Below are positions 1-11,980 of a DNA stretch of 64,000 bases, piece by piece. Numbering within the stretch: the first letter of the stretch is position 1; every line of letters begins with the position of its first letter. The notes beneath the pieces were generated by a model, which was not told the DNA's origin, ran no database searches, and worked only from the letters and a program-made list of their open reading frames with translations. The stretch lies in assembly GCA_040357565.1 (NCBI GenBank), contig JBDODJ010000023.1. One strand, written 5' to 3'. The position numbers and the translations under genes were made by a program. The stretch comes from Cercozoa sp. M6MM (lineage: Eukaryota; Protista; Endomyxa: Ascetosporea).

Positions 1-196
1 ATAGGACATTGGATCACACCAATCGACCTGAACAAAACGCACCGCGAAGGACAGCCAGTTCGCGTCCTCAGGTTTGCTCGCCATGTGCACTGGCCTGTTT
101 CGTTCAACAAGTACGAGCAGCTTCAAAATTGACGCTACACACCTTCCGGCTCTTCAGCTTCATGCTGAGTCGATACGAAGCAGGAGGTACCTTGTG
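1..196 (-). CDS. Exon of a hypothetical gene running off the window start
   Basis: After a cccag acceptor the minus frame reads QGTSCFVSTQHEAEEPEGVASILKLLVLVERNRPVHMASKPEDANW... with no stop to position 1. Start exon not resolved. Confidence 0.3.
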
Positions 197-409
197 CTGG
201 GTTTTAAAGAGATCTAATGCTACACCACTGTATTGACAAATAGTTTCCATCACATCGAGTGCACATTATTCTATATTGCCCAGCGAAGAAGGGTGTGAAT
301 AAGAAGCTGTAGCCAGTGGAAAAGAAGGCAATTGTGCGCCAAGTTGTGTCTGTGTCAGTGCCTTGGGCATGAAGTAACAGAGTGCAGCAACACCACAAAG
401 CACCCTGGA

Positions 410-1893
410 ATGGAGTTTGAGAGCATTGCGGCTCTTGAGTTGGGCGATGTTTACGTAATAAATCAAAAATCACGATAGGGAGGTGAACGTTGATTGATTC
501 ATGAGTTTTTGCAGAGTGAGTCCGGTGGGCAATTGTGGACGCTGGACTGGCATCCGCGCGGAGAGCTCATCGCGTGTGCCGGTGCATCGCGGAAGATTGA
601 CCTGATCGCGCGACGACCAGTGTTCAACGACGCTCCCGAACGATGGTACTTTGTTTTAAACCCCTTGCACCGTTGTCCCTTACCCCCTTTTACACCTGCA
701 ACTCAGGACAAAGGTGGCTACACTGGACGGTGTGCATGATGGCACGATTCGCACGGTCGCGTGGAGTCCGTGTGGCAGGTTTTACCCCCTTTACCCACCT
801 TACCCCCTCCCCCTTATTCTTCCTTCTTTTTACCCCCTCCCCCCTGATATTTTAGGTACCTCGCGTCCTGCAGTTTCGACGGCACGACAGCGGTAGCGTT
901 TCTCCTGAGCGTTTCTCATAGGGGGCGTTTCTCCTGGGTGGGGGGTGTTTGCTTCTTCAGGTGCATTGTTGTTTTGGGGACAGATCTGGCAGCACGTGGA
1001 CGCGTGCGAGGAGGGAGATTACGGCGGCGTGTTCCGCGCGGACGAGTTTGAGTGCGTGGCGCAGCTGGAGGGTCACAAGAGCGAGGTCAAGTGCGTCGCG
1101 TGGTCGCCGTGTGGCACGCTGCTGGCCACGTGCTCGCGCGATCATACCATCCTGCTGTGGGAAGGTACCCGCCTTTACCCCCATCCCACCCACTTACCTC
1201 TACTCCTACCCTACGGTCTTACCCCCCCCCCCCCCAGTGGAGGACGATGAGGTGGACTGCCTGGCCGTACTGGAAGGTCACTCGCAGGATGTCAAGTCAG
1301 TACTCTTCCTGTCGACAGGCATGCTTCTCAGCACGTCGTACGACGGCAGTTTCCGCGTCTGGCGCTGCGCCGACGAGGACAGTGCGCGCGACGAGTGGTA
1401 CCAGCACCAGACGCTCCAGGTGCCCGAGTCTGAGTAACACCTGCTTTAACCCTCCCTCCACTTTACCCCCCTTTACCCCCTACCCCCTCCCCACAGTAAA
1501 GCGACAGTGTGGAGTGCGGCCAAGTCGCGCGACGACGCCGAGTCGGTGGCCGTGTGTGATGCCAAGGGCCGCGTGGCCGTGTGCACGTGGCAGCTCAGTC
1601 CCAGCACAGGCGATCGGCACCTCAAGGTGACCACCTCACTGCCTGTAAGTCAGCGCGAACTCTTCTCTCTCGACTTCAATGGCCAAGGTGCTTTGCTGTG
1701 TTCCGGCGCCGACGACGCGCTGCGTGTGCTGCGACCGCTCGACTCAGACAACGCACTGCTTGCCGAACAAGCTTGTGCACACGCGCAGGACATCAACTGC
1801 GCGCGTTTCTCGCCTGTCAGCGACGATGTCGTTGCCTCGTGCGGCGACGACGGCTTCCTGCGCATCTGGCGACTCCAACCTCACCAACAGTGA
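410..1893 (+). CDS. CIA1: Cytosolic Fe-S cluster assembly WD40 protein CIA1/CIAO1 (7 exons)
   Basis: Spliced product [15 protein letters not shown]|[16 protein letters not shown]...[14 protein letters not shown]...YLASCSFDG...[20 protein letters not shown]...LATCSRD...[13 protein letters not shown]...AHAQDINC...[13 protein letters not shown] matches CIA1 WD-repeat signatures. GT-AG introns restore the frame. Confidence 0.92.
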
Positions 1894-2248
1894 TGTTTTC
1901 TTGCGTTATTTATCAACTTACGTTAAAACCCCAGCTAAATTTGACGCAAACCAGCCACGCTAGTTAAACGAAAACTAGCCTGTTACTGCATAGCGTTTCT
2001 CAATCACATCTGTGACGATCAAATCTGAACCAGTCTGGCTAATTTTTATGGATTTTGTTTTGTTAGACCTGACTTCCTAGCCTGAGTTAAGCTTTCTACA
2101 GCTCACGCACTTTTGACTGCAGTGCTTGGGCTGATTTAACTGCGCTTTCGACGACTTTTCGACGTCCTACGCTAACTGACGTTCACACTTCTCCGATACC
2201 TTAGTTACCGGTTTATTTATACCGTAACAAGCAAAACAGCCCAAAGTA

Positions 2249-3182
2249 TCACCAGTTCGCCAGATCAAAGACGTCCGACAGCGTGGAGCACTTGCGAGCA
2301 GCTTTGCCTTCGACGGCACTGGCAGTATCGACAGAGACGGCACTCGCCTGCATGGCAACGACGCGACGAACGTGCGGACAAACGCTCTCAACGACGTCTC
2401 GGTCGCTGCTCACGGTATCGTCGGTCACTGCACGCAACAGCGTAATGAGCTAAACAATTTGTTTTTTCGACCGGCTGGAACTTACGAAAGAGCTCCGGCT
2501 GCAACTGTCGCACAGCGGCGCTGAAACCAATCGTGCTTCGACTCACGAGAATTCGCTGTGCTCAAATCAACAAAAAACGACAAAAGAACAGTGACATGAA
2601 ACAACGCACGTGCGGCGAGATTTCGTCTTTCGTGAAGCCAAGATCGGCGATGTGCTGACGCGTTTCCTCCAGATCCGAAGAGGTTTGCTTCTTCACATCA
2701 GTGCTTCCAGCGGGAACCAATGGAAGACGTCGAATCTGCAAGAAGCAACTTAACTCTTAGCATCCAAGTCAAGTCAAGCCAACTCAAGTCAAGTCAAGCC
2801 AACTCAAAGAGCAAAAGGCGTACCACGACAACTCGGTGCAGTTTGCAGAGTTGTTTCATCAGATTGAGTGTGTCACTGTTAATCGTGTGCATCAACGCAT
2901 CGTACGTGAGCACAATGGAGCGCTTGATTCGCCCGGAGAGAAACACATCGCGCAGTGTCTGCATCGACTTTGACTCGGATGACTCAGCTTGCTCCACCGC
3001 AGGCGAGGTCGGCTCTGAACCCGGCCGTTGCGGCCTTCGTCGTCGCTGTTATAATGACAGCAGCGATGACAACTACAAACAAGTCGAAAGCAGAAGCGTA
3101 CATCTTTTCCTGAGACGAAAAAGTAAATTGCGACAACGACAACAACACCCAACAGAAGCGAGCGCTTCACGTTGGGAGGCAT
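2249..3182 (-). CDS. PEX22: Peroxin-22-like protein (plant/protist type) with N-terminal membrane anchor
   Basis: MPPNVKRSLLLGVVVVVAIYFFV (TM), then spliced ...EISPH|RILVSRSTIGFSAAVRQLQPELF|LTDDTVSSDRDVVESVCPHVRRVV, resembling the plant PEX22 C-terminal motif KVLFCST.GR.SFVRQLEP. Four GT-AG introns are in phase. Confidence 0.65.
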
Positions 3183-3561
3183 CCCTGCACAGATCCAAAC
3201 GTACTTTCGACATAATTCATTTTCATACTAGCGTAATTTCGCACGGTAAGGCACCTCGGAGCGCCCAATCGCGCAACGTGCTGCGGATCACGTCAACAAC
3301 GCTCCCCATCCAAAACGATATTTTGCAAAGAGGACCAATCGCTAACTGCGCCAGACAAACAGTTGGAAAGTATTGCGTTCCGTCTGCTCCCAAACCGTGG
3401 GCGCAGATTAAACAGCACAGCAGCAGAAACGAGGGTTTCTTCGTGTAGAAAATGGCTACAGCTCAGATCATATCTGCTCGTTTATCTGCGACGCTGCACT
3501 GCTCAGGCGTGTGCTTGTTACTGCAGGTGTTTTTGGATGCAGCGACAGCCACTTTTGAGCC

Positions 3562-5947
3562 ATGTCAGAATCGAATTTTGTACCATCAGCCAATATTTAT
3601 TCCACTGTTGGGAGGGTGGTTTTATGTTGTCTCAGGAGTACGGGCCTACGCAGCGGTCCACGCTATCGATCGATCTGGCGTCAGAGATGGCGGTAGATGG
3701 CGAGCGGCAACATCTAGGGAGTAAAAGCTCGTCTGGCGACGATAACTCGAGCGATACGAACGTGCGACTCGACCGCATTCTCAACGCGGTAGAATCGTTG
3801 GCACTGACGGTTTCAGACTTGGTGTGATCACTTTCTGAATGTTTGAGGGTGTGTATTGATAAGAAGTGGATGCTTTGACAGCGAGCCTCAGTGTCGGACC
3901 TGTCGACGCGACTGACGGCTTTGGAGATGTCACTCAGCGACAATGACGCGCGCGCTCTGACGCTTTCGTCGCTGCCTGCTTTCGCTGAACCGTTCGTTTA
4001 CCCTCATCTACTTTACTCCCATCCCACCCCTTTATCTCCCATTAAAATCGCTTCTATTTAATTCCAACTTACCCTCCTTATACCCCTTCCCATTAATTCC
4101 CTACTCTGATGTACTTTTCCAGACTGCTGGAGCGTCGAAATTCGTTCGATGACGACGCCGACGATGAGGACGTCAAGAACAAACTGCAGTCGAACCGACG
4201 AGCGAAACGTCGCGAAAGAAGGCGACGCAGACAATTCAATGTGCACCACAGTCAACACCATCACATTCCACAGGTGCCTTCAGAGGTTTAGGGGGGGGTA
4301 AAGAGGGGTGAAGCACTTATTGTAGCCACAACCGGCGCCGTCGGTCGTCGCTGCTCCCGGCAGCAGCATTCACGAACCGGCCATGTCTGTACCGAGTTGT
4401 TTTTCGGGGATAAACTGACAAATGTTTACGTGTGGTGTAGGTCCTGTCCGTCGCTCCGTCTGTCGCAGTTTCTGCCACCGCTATTCGCATTCGGTAGGGT
4501 TCCTTTTATTCACTGCTTCCCTTGATTTGTTCTACTCACATTGTTTAGTGACGAGAGAATGTTGCGAACGGCAGCGAGCGAAGGCAACTTGCGACGCGTG
4601 AAAGCTTTGCTGACCGAAGGCGTCGCCGTCGATGCCAGCGAATGGAACGGCGAAACGGTAGTCTTCTTTTATCTATCTTACCCTTTTATCTTTACTTAGC
4701 CCTTTCACCTCTTTAACCAATCCCTTTGACCTCTTTAACCAACCTCTTTGACCTCTTTAACCAACCCCTTTGACCCTCTTCACCCCCATAATTATGCAGG
4801 CACTGATGCGAGCTGCGAATTTCGGACGCGTCCAAATGTGCCGTTTGCTGCTGGATCGGGGTGCCGATGTCAACGTAAAGCTTCGTTCGTCTTTTTACGT
4901 CTCTAGCTATCTCATATTAAACCTTGCGCAGAAACAAAGTCAACTGCAAGTCGGAAGTGCTCTTGGAGCAGCCTGTCGAAGTGGACACGTCGAAACTGTT
5001 CGTTTGTTGATCGAACGAGGAGCTCCGATTAATCCACCGCGTCCTTCAACGTGAGTTTTCCGCATACTTGGTGTGAAAAAGGTGAACGCAGGCGGAAATG
5101 AAAGGTCGAAAGTGTTAAACTTGTGTTTGTGGCAGCACGCCCTTTTTCACGCCGCCGCTGATGGCAGCAGCACAAACTGGTCAAGTCGAAACTTGCCTGT
5201 TGCTGCTGCGGCACGGTGCCATTGCTCGTTGTACCGATGCCAAGGGCCAAACTGCACTCCATGCGGCTTATTCCCTCGTTGAGGTAGCAATGTTATCTTT
5301 ATATCTTTGTTGAACGTTTTATGTCTGCGTTTCTTTCACGTTTCTTCCAGGTTACCGTGGATGACGGATATCGGCTGGTTTCGGCACTCATCTGCTACGG
5401 CGCCGATCCTTTCGCGCCAGATCATTTTGGCAAAACCGCCGTCTGGCAAGCGCAGCAGTTGCTACAAGCCTCCGATGCTCCCCAGCCTCAAGTACAGCTT
5501 TCTTTTTTTTTGAATGTTACTTTCGACATGACGTTTCCTGTAGATGCTTCGTGCTATCGAACGCGGGCTTGACATGTACAAACGACGTCGCATGACGCTT
5601 ATCACTCTGCTTGAGTACACTCGTTTTTCTTTCCTGGATTCAATGTTTAAAGGCCGCTGTGTCTTTTTAGTCGTCTCGGCGGACCCAAGTTTACGGAGGA
5701 CCTGATCAAAATCGTCTGTGCTTTCTGCGAATTGGACGCGGATTTCGAAACTCGACGCTCGCGTTTCGGACTTTTGCAGGCCGACAGCTGCACCGGCACT
5801 CAGCGTAGCCTACCACTTGCTTCTGTGGGTGTGTTGCTCGCTACTTATCTGTGTGGTGCAGTGCACGACGACGATATCAGTGCTCGAGTGATGCCCCCAC
5901 TCGGCGACGTCGACTTGCAGGACGATGACCTCGATTCGGTGCTATAG
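3562..5947 (+). CDS. Ankyrin-repeat protein with low-complexity N-terminus
   Basis: Exons give LRTAASEGNLRRVKALLTEG, GET|ALMRAANFGRVQMCRLLLDRGADVN, SALGAACRSGHVETVRLLIERGA, PLMAAAQTGQVETCLLLLRHGA, GQTALHAA and GKTAV (5-6 ankyrin repeats). Start inferred as MSESNF|EYGPTQ. Confidence 0.82.
4708..4773 (+). repeat. Intronic 22-bp minisatellite x3 (CCTCTTTAACCAAyCyCTTTGA)
   Basis: Three adjacent near-identical units are read directly from the sequence. Confidence 0.85.
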
Positions 5948-6246
5948 CGTAGCTGCCGCTCTTCCGTTCGGTTCCTGCTGCGCTGCTCGCACCCATGTAG
6001 GCCGTGCGCGCGACGCTAGCGCTCTCGCTCCGAGGAACCACTCCGTCTACATATATACGGACGCTAGTTTTATACTGACTGTCCTTTCTACAGTTACCAT
6101 CTGACGGGCGCCTTTCCCGTCCACCACCAGTACTTTGCCGCCCAACTGAACCGTTGGGGTAACTCAATCTTTCAAACTGACACTTGGCCACTCTCCCTCC
6201 AAGAACAGACTTTATTACGTTCCTTAGTTTTTTTTTTGTATCACTG

Positions 6247-6299
6247 GCAAAGTACCCTTAATTTACCAAGGCCTGATCCCTATCTGAGAGGGCTGCGGT
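6247..6299. repeat. Dispersed repeat, copy 1 (copy 2 at 34345-34405)
   Basis: AAAGTACCCT(T/C)AATTTACCAAGGCC ... TGAGAGGGCTGCGGT occurs at both loci. Confidence 0.8.
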
Positions 6300-6335
6300 A
6301 ACAGAGTAGATCGGTGATCATGAGCGCCCGCATTG

Positions 6336-9104
6336 TCAGGGTCGTTCTTGGGCCGCCTGCGGGAGACGCGGATCGGCCTTGACTTCAAGTTCGATGAGCC
6401 CTTCAGCTTTTTCTAAATTTACTGATTGCACATCAGCGGTTTCATTGGATTGACCGGAGGTGCTACCACAACAAGCAGCATTATTCATTTAAACAGCAAG
6501 TCATTGCAAAAGACATGTGAACTGGGTAGTATTTTACAGCAAAGCTTTGGCCGCCAACTCGGGCACTATCGCCAACGTGAAGTCGACGTTACCTTCTTTT
6601 TCTGTCTCGTTTTGTCCTTCAGTTTCTTGACTTTCTTCTGTCTTGACCACAGTTGCTTCAGCTTGCTTTTCGCGCTGTTTTTCCTGCACAAACAATAGTT
6701 CACGAAGGAACTGTCAGTATTCCTGGCACTTCTTTTATCAGTTTGCGATATACACTCAACGCAGCCGTGACATATGGGTTTGATTCTCTCAGTTTGGCTT
6801 CAGTTGTTTCTTTTTCAAAGGTGCCCACAGGCACGACAGTGATGTCGCTCACCGAAGCTGCGACAGTGCGTAGCTCTGTCGGTGCTCCCACAGCTTGCTG
6901 AAACAGCGCCACAGAGTCCTCGGACGTTCTGGATTAATCATTTCCATACAGTGGATGAAAGGGTCAAAGATAGAAACGCGTATGTCCAGTAAAATCTTAC
7001 AGGATATTCATCCATGTGGCATCAGACAGCTCGGTCTTGCCAGAGTATGCGTTCACCAGCTGTCGCGGAGTCAACGAACTCTTGAGTCGAGCTTCTTCGC
7101 GTTTTTCTTTGAATGGAGCGACCGCTTCCATCCTTGTCAAATGGACATTCAGTCACCGAACACCGACGTATCTTGGAGAACTTATACCAGTGAACCCAGA
7201 CAACGTGAAACAACAGTTCCGCCGGTTTGAGATTGCAGTACTCCTTCAGTGTGTCCGTCGCGCGTGCCGCCCATTTTCTACAACAACAGGTACTGCAAGG
7301 AGGTACTTTATAAAGGGTAGACAATTTGCACTCACCCAGCAAAACGAAAGTGCGAAGCACGTGCGAGACCTGTCACCACCGTCGAACAAACCGCCATCGA
7401 TTCTCGACCCTTGTCTCCTCTGGACAGGGTAGGATTGATAGCATAGTAACAAGGGTATGGTGAAGGTGTACTTGACACAGCGAGAGTTGTGGCAAGTAAA
7501 GTCGAGTGTGTTGCTGTTGAGACTGCAGGGTGCGCCTTCGTTTCGGCACTGTGCCGGCAAAGGCTTGCACCGTGTCATGGTGCACCGACCTCCAGCACCG
7601 GATGGTGTGCTGCACTCCTCCCCGACGTGTGTGCCCTTTGCGTCGCAGATCGACTCATTCACGACGTCGACACAAACCGCCTTTTTGCATCTATGCAGAT
7701 AGAAGGCATACAAGGAATACAGAGGGTATCTGAGGCCAAGAACAAAGGGAACCTTCCTTCCAGTCCCGATGCCAGCTCACAGCGTTGTTTGTCGCTCCTG
7801 CAAGGTTTTGGTACGGACACACATCAAAGAGTATGTAAAAAACGTACGTGGCAGTACAGACGTCAACCAATGAGATGCAAAGCGAGTCTTCGCACTCGCC
7901 TTCATTACCATCGCGCACGCATGCAGTACCGTCGTCGTCCTTCTGGCACGCGAGTAAAACAGGAACGCACTTGCCATTGCGACAGCTTGCTGAGTGGAGA
8001 CGATCGTGCGGGACTTCTTTGTATTCGCACGCGTCACCGTCGCTGTGGTCGTTGCAAGTTTTGGGCAGCGTCGGTGCGACCTCACACTCATTAGATTCAC
8101 AAATGTGCTTCACGCCATCGTTGGCACCGAGGCACTCTTGTCCCTGCGTGGAGGCAGTGCAATCTCCGACGGGTGTGACACACCTTCCGCCCACACAGTG
8201 AGCACGCACTGCAATGGTTTGCTTCACTACGTTCTCTGGCTTCGCGGAAAAGGGTAAATATAATCATCGGAGGTATCGACGACACCAGCGACAGAGTACC
8301 ACAACACAGCGTTCGTCGTCTGCGCGGCATTCGTGAAAGAATACAACGCAACGCTCCTTCTTCGTTCAGAAGTAGTAAATTTAGATGATGCGTTCAAAGT
8401 AAAAAATTATTACCAAGCACTTGCCAGTGGCTTTGCGATCGCTACTGATCCAGTCAACGCTGCAGTCACTCATGTCTTTCTTACCTTCGCACTGCCTGCA
8501 TTGGAACTGTCAAGTGCGAAAGGTGATTCAGATGATTTGTAATAAACGCGGAAGTTTGACCACTTGTGCAGCTGTTGCGAAACTTGCTTCGTCGACGGGA
8601 GTCGTTGGCATGTTTGATTTCTGCACTCCCCGAGAGTGGCTGCAAGCCAAATCTGGCATGAAGTGGCAGACAAAGGCCAAAGATGTCAGTTGCAGCAATA
8701 CACAGGGCAGCTCCCTTCAGAATCTCTCTAAAGTGCGAAGTTGTCACTTCATCGGCTCGAATTAGATCTGATCCGTCCGCGCGGACGTGGCGTTTCCACA
8801 TCTTTGACTGCCGTCTCACGCAGATATCTCCATCGTTGTGAGGCGGACATTTGAAGAGTGGCTCAACACATAGGCCGCTCCTGTTGCACACTCCTGTTGC
8901 GGTGGGCTATCGGTGCCCAGTGTTTGCAAACCTGCAGTGTGACTTGGATTTACAGAGTACCTTGTGTTCAAGCGGGCAAGGCAAATGTAGCGTGGCCGCA
9001 GGGTTTTCAACGAAACAAACTTCAGCATGCGACTCGACTCGAAGCTCTGCCACTCCCAGAGCGAGCGACGAGCTCGCCATTAAGAGGAGCAGCACAGAGG
9101 ACAT
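6336..9104 (-). CDS. Secreted or surface cysteine-rich repeat protein with acidic low-complexity tail
   Basis: Signal peptide MSSVLLLLMASSSLALG. About 6-7 modules of type C-x4/5-(D)G-x2-C...C-x2-G-x-C (CPPHNDGDIC, CNDHSDGDAC...CRNGKC, CQKDDDGTAC...GECEDSLC, CRNEGAPC...CHNSRC). E/K/T-rich tail ending ...AAQERP*. Some internal junctions are unresolved. Confidence 0.65.
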
Positions 9105-9292
9105 CGGAGGAGTTGACTGGAGATTCCAACCGGTTTGCTGTAGCATTACCCTCTGTCAGTCAAAATAGTATGTCCGAACGAAGGTCTGCCAAACCTGAAG
9201 GATAAAAAAGTATATTGAAACAAAAAAAGTGTCCCTACTTACAGTAACGAACTTAGTGCTTTGGAGCAAAGCAGCAGTGTGCAGAGCCAGAA

Positions 9293-9851
9293 ATGATCTT
9301 GTTTCGTCTTGGCGCAATCAGCGCCGCTAGTGCGGTAGCTGCATCAGCTTTTGCGAGGTATTTTTCGGCCGTTGTCTGAATGTGTCCAAACTGTGACTTT
9401 GGTGTAGTCATGGTTTGGACAAGCGTGTCAAGAGCACCGAGTGGCGCCGTCACTTCCGCACCGCGGTTAACTCGCACTTGACTGTACGGACTCTTTTTTG
9501 TTCTGATGTGATTTTTTAAAAATTAAGATCCAACTCTTTACAGGGTGCGCTTGGAACAATGCTTGCGGTAAATACAACCCGCACTCATTGAATGGTATCG
9601 ATTCAAAAACCTCTGTAGGCTGCCATGGTGCCTCGCTTCCCGCGTGCTTCGTTCGGCGCGGCTTTGTTGCTTGCCGGTCACTTGGTGTACGTTTCTCCTA
9701 CGTATACCCGCGAAAGTGTCGGATTGGTTTGTGCAGTTTCGCGGGTTCGGTGTACGTGAACTCAATCTACGAGGAACGTAAGCTCCGCGGTGTTGCGCCG
9801 ATCGGTGGTTTCTGCCTCATCGCGGGTTTCGCCGCGCTCGCTTTCATTTAA
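9293..9851 (+). CDS. TMEM256: TMEM256/DUF423 (UPF0382) small membrane protein, 5 exons
   Basis: Spliced MILFRLGAISAASAVAASAFAS|HGL...HFRTAVNSHLT|GALGTMLA|...LLLAGHLV|FAGSVY...GVAPIGGFCLIAGFAALAFI*, matching the family pattern AFxxHGL...FSGSLY...PxGG...IxG. Confidence 0.85.
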
Positions 9852-10049
9852 ACTTCGACTTCAGATTACGTCACTTACTACGTTCATGATCGGATTCGAG
9901 TCTCAGTCATGCAATTGCAGCCGCGCCGAGTGGTCTCTGTAACCCGTTCAGCTCGTATCTTTTAGTCTGTTCCGTTAACGCGACGTTCGGCTTAAATTTT
10001 AGTAGTAGCGTGGTAGAACGCTGCGCTGATCTGATACATTTCGGGATCA

Positions 10050-11833
10050 CTACAGCTCTTCGTGGACGAGTTCATCTGAGTCGTTTTGGGTGACAGCAGA
10101 AGCTTCGGGAATGTTCTTGGCAACGCAGCCGAACTTGTGTTGGAGCTGCGAGCGTGCATCGCCCTCCAGCAGCGAATCTTCGTGGCAAGGCGTGATGACT
10201 TGCACGTCCCATTTGTCTTGGCTCTTGTTGTCAGAGTCTGGATTCTTTTGCAGTACAGCAGCAGCCAGTCCGAGACCGCCATAGGCACTGCTCATGGCGA
10301 CATCGACCGAGAGCTGCAGTCGACAAACATGTACCAAAGTTATAGATACAGAATGTGGGGTCAGTGTCCAGTATACCAGAGTGCCATCGCAGTCGATGCG
10401 CACTTTTCCGTCCTGTTGCACATTGTGACCGATGATCATGCGATTCACTTTCGACTTGTTGTCTGCGCTCAGAGGTGCACAGTCACAGAGCGACAAGCTA
10501 AATGAAAGCGAAATACCTCGCCGCTTGTTGACAATGTCAAGCGTACGCCGGACAGTGTGACACATCGCCTCAGTGGTACCAGCGGCATCGCGCCATGCAG
10601 CAAAGAAGGTGCGCGTCCAAGTGACGCCATTTAATCCCAAAAGACCCTTCGGATCGACTTTTTGCAACTGCACACAGATCAGAATACTCGGACACGAGCC
10701 TACATACAGCGCAGAGTATAAATACGTCTTGTGGTGTCCATGAGTACTGCATTTGTTGCAAGATGCTCTTCGCTTCACTAAACAAACAGTGAATCGAAGC
10801 GTACAATAAAGCTTAAACTACAGCAGCTATGGATGTACATATTCATGTCGCGAATCGAAGCTTTTGCTGCGATCTCAGGTTCAATGCCTGCGTGAGCGAG
10901 CAAAGCGTCGCCAGCGATGTACGCGATTCGCTGATCGCGCAACCAACGGCCGAGATCTCCTTCTGTGTAAATATGCGATCACATGCTAAAAATGACAAAG
11001 ATGCAAGCAAACCACTCAAGAGACGCATCGCGCGACCGCGCACTCCTCCAGCACGCTGTATTTCGGCTTGACTCACGTATCGCCAGTCACCGCTCAAGTT
11101 CTATGCTTCTAGCTTTCAAAAAAGCTGTTCATGAATACATAACGATGTAGGTAAAACCATGATTTCGTGGTTGCCGAGGATGACAACAACCTTTCCTCCA
11201 GACGTTTCTGCCAACAGCAACAAGTTTACTCCCGTTTCACAAAAGTGATTGCCAGTACCGGCTTGCATCTGCAATCGACGAAGCAACTCCGTAATTTCCT
11301 AAGACATAAGTCCAATATTTCATTGACTCACATGTCAATAATTAGAGATTGAAAGCTGCAATACAATCGAATCATCACCGCGATCAAACAGATCGCCCAG
11401 CGAAACTAGAACCATATCGCCTCCGACCCAGAAATCGCTACAACGGGAGTCAGCACGAAACTCTCTGACTTGAGTTTAGGGTGTACCTATTAGTTTGTCC
11501 AACCAAAGGCCAGTCACCCTCAAGTTCAATCTTTTGCGATTCGGCATTGAGGACACCCGCCATGCGCAGGACGTGTCTTGCGCTCTGCAAGTCTCCATGC
11601 AGATCGCCTATCTGCACTCAAAATGCGCATGCGCTTTGCTTTTTTACTGGCCTGAAAAGTGCGTTAACGAAGAGTACCACGACAATTTTATTCTGACCAG
11701 TCGTGTGTTCATATTGATCATTGACATTCGCGCTGACGTCATTCCTTTCCTCCACTTCTTGACCGGATATTGCTCGGTGAAAACACAGAACAACGATTAG
11801 CTGGATTAGCACCCAAAACACAGGTATCCGCAT
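10050..11833 (-). CDS. Shewanella-like PPP-family metallophosphoesterase (SLP/Shelph) with signal peptide and C-terminal HEEL
   Basis: Motifs occur in order: IGDLHGD, GDLFDRG, ILGNHEIM|NLSGDWRYVS, HAG, WTR, RMIIGHN and VDVAMS. N-terminus MRIPVFWVLIQLIVVLCFHRAISG; ends ...LVHEEL*. Confidence 0.88.
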
Positions 11834-11980
11834 ACTGCTAGAAGCTGCACACTAACACTCACTTTTGTGCATGCTATTTTGCCTCACCAAAGTCACTAAA
11901 ATTGTTTAAAAATCAAGTCGATTCAGAACACTGTAAAAACACGCATTTTCTTCTGTTCCTGCGTGTACCACTACGGTATA

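Noticed and set aside
645-860. C-rich intron repeats as interstitial telomeric DNA
   Set aside because: Units are irregular, follow the sense strand of each gene and stay within introns; there is no regular telomere-type array.
7330-7440. Possible stop-codon reassignment (in-frame TGA here, TAA at 58413)
   Set aside because: Conserved genes end properly at TGA (CIA1, IMPACT), TAG (UBC9, PRP8) and TAA (TMEM256). An alternative frame at this locus splices without a stop.
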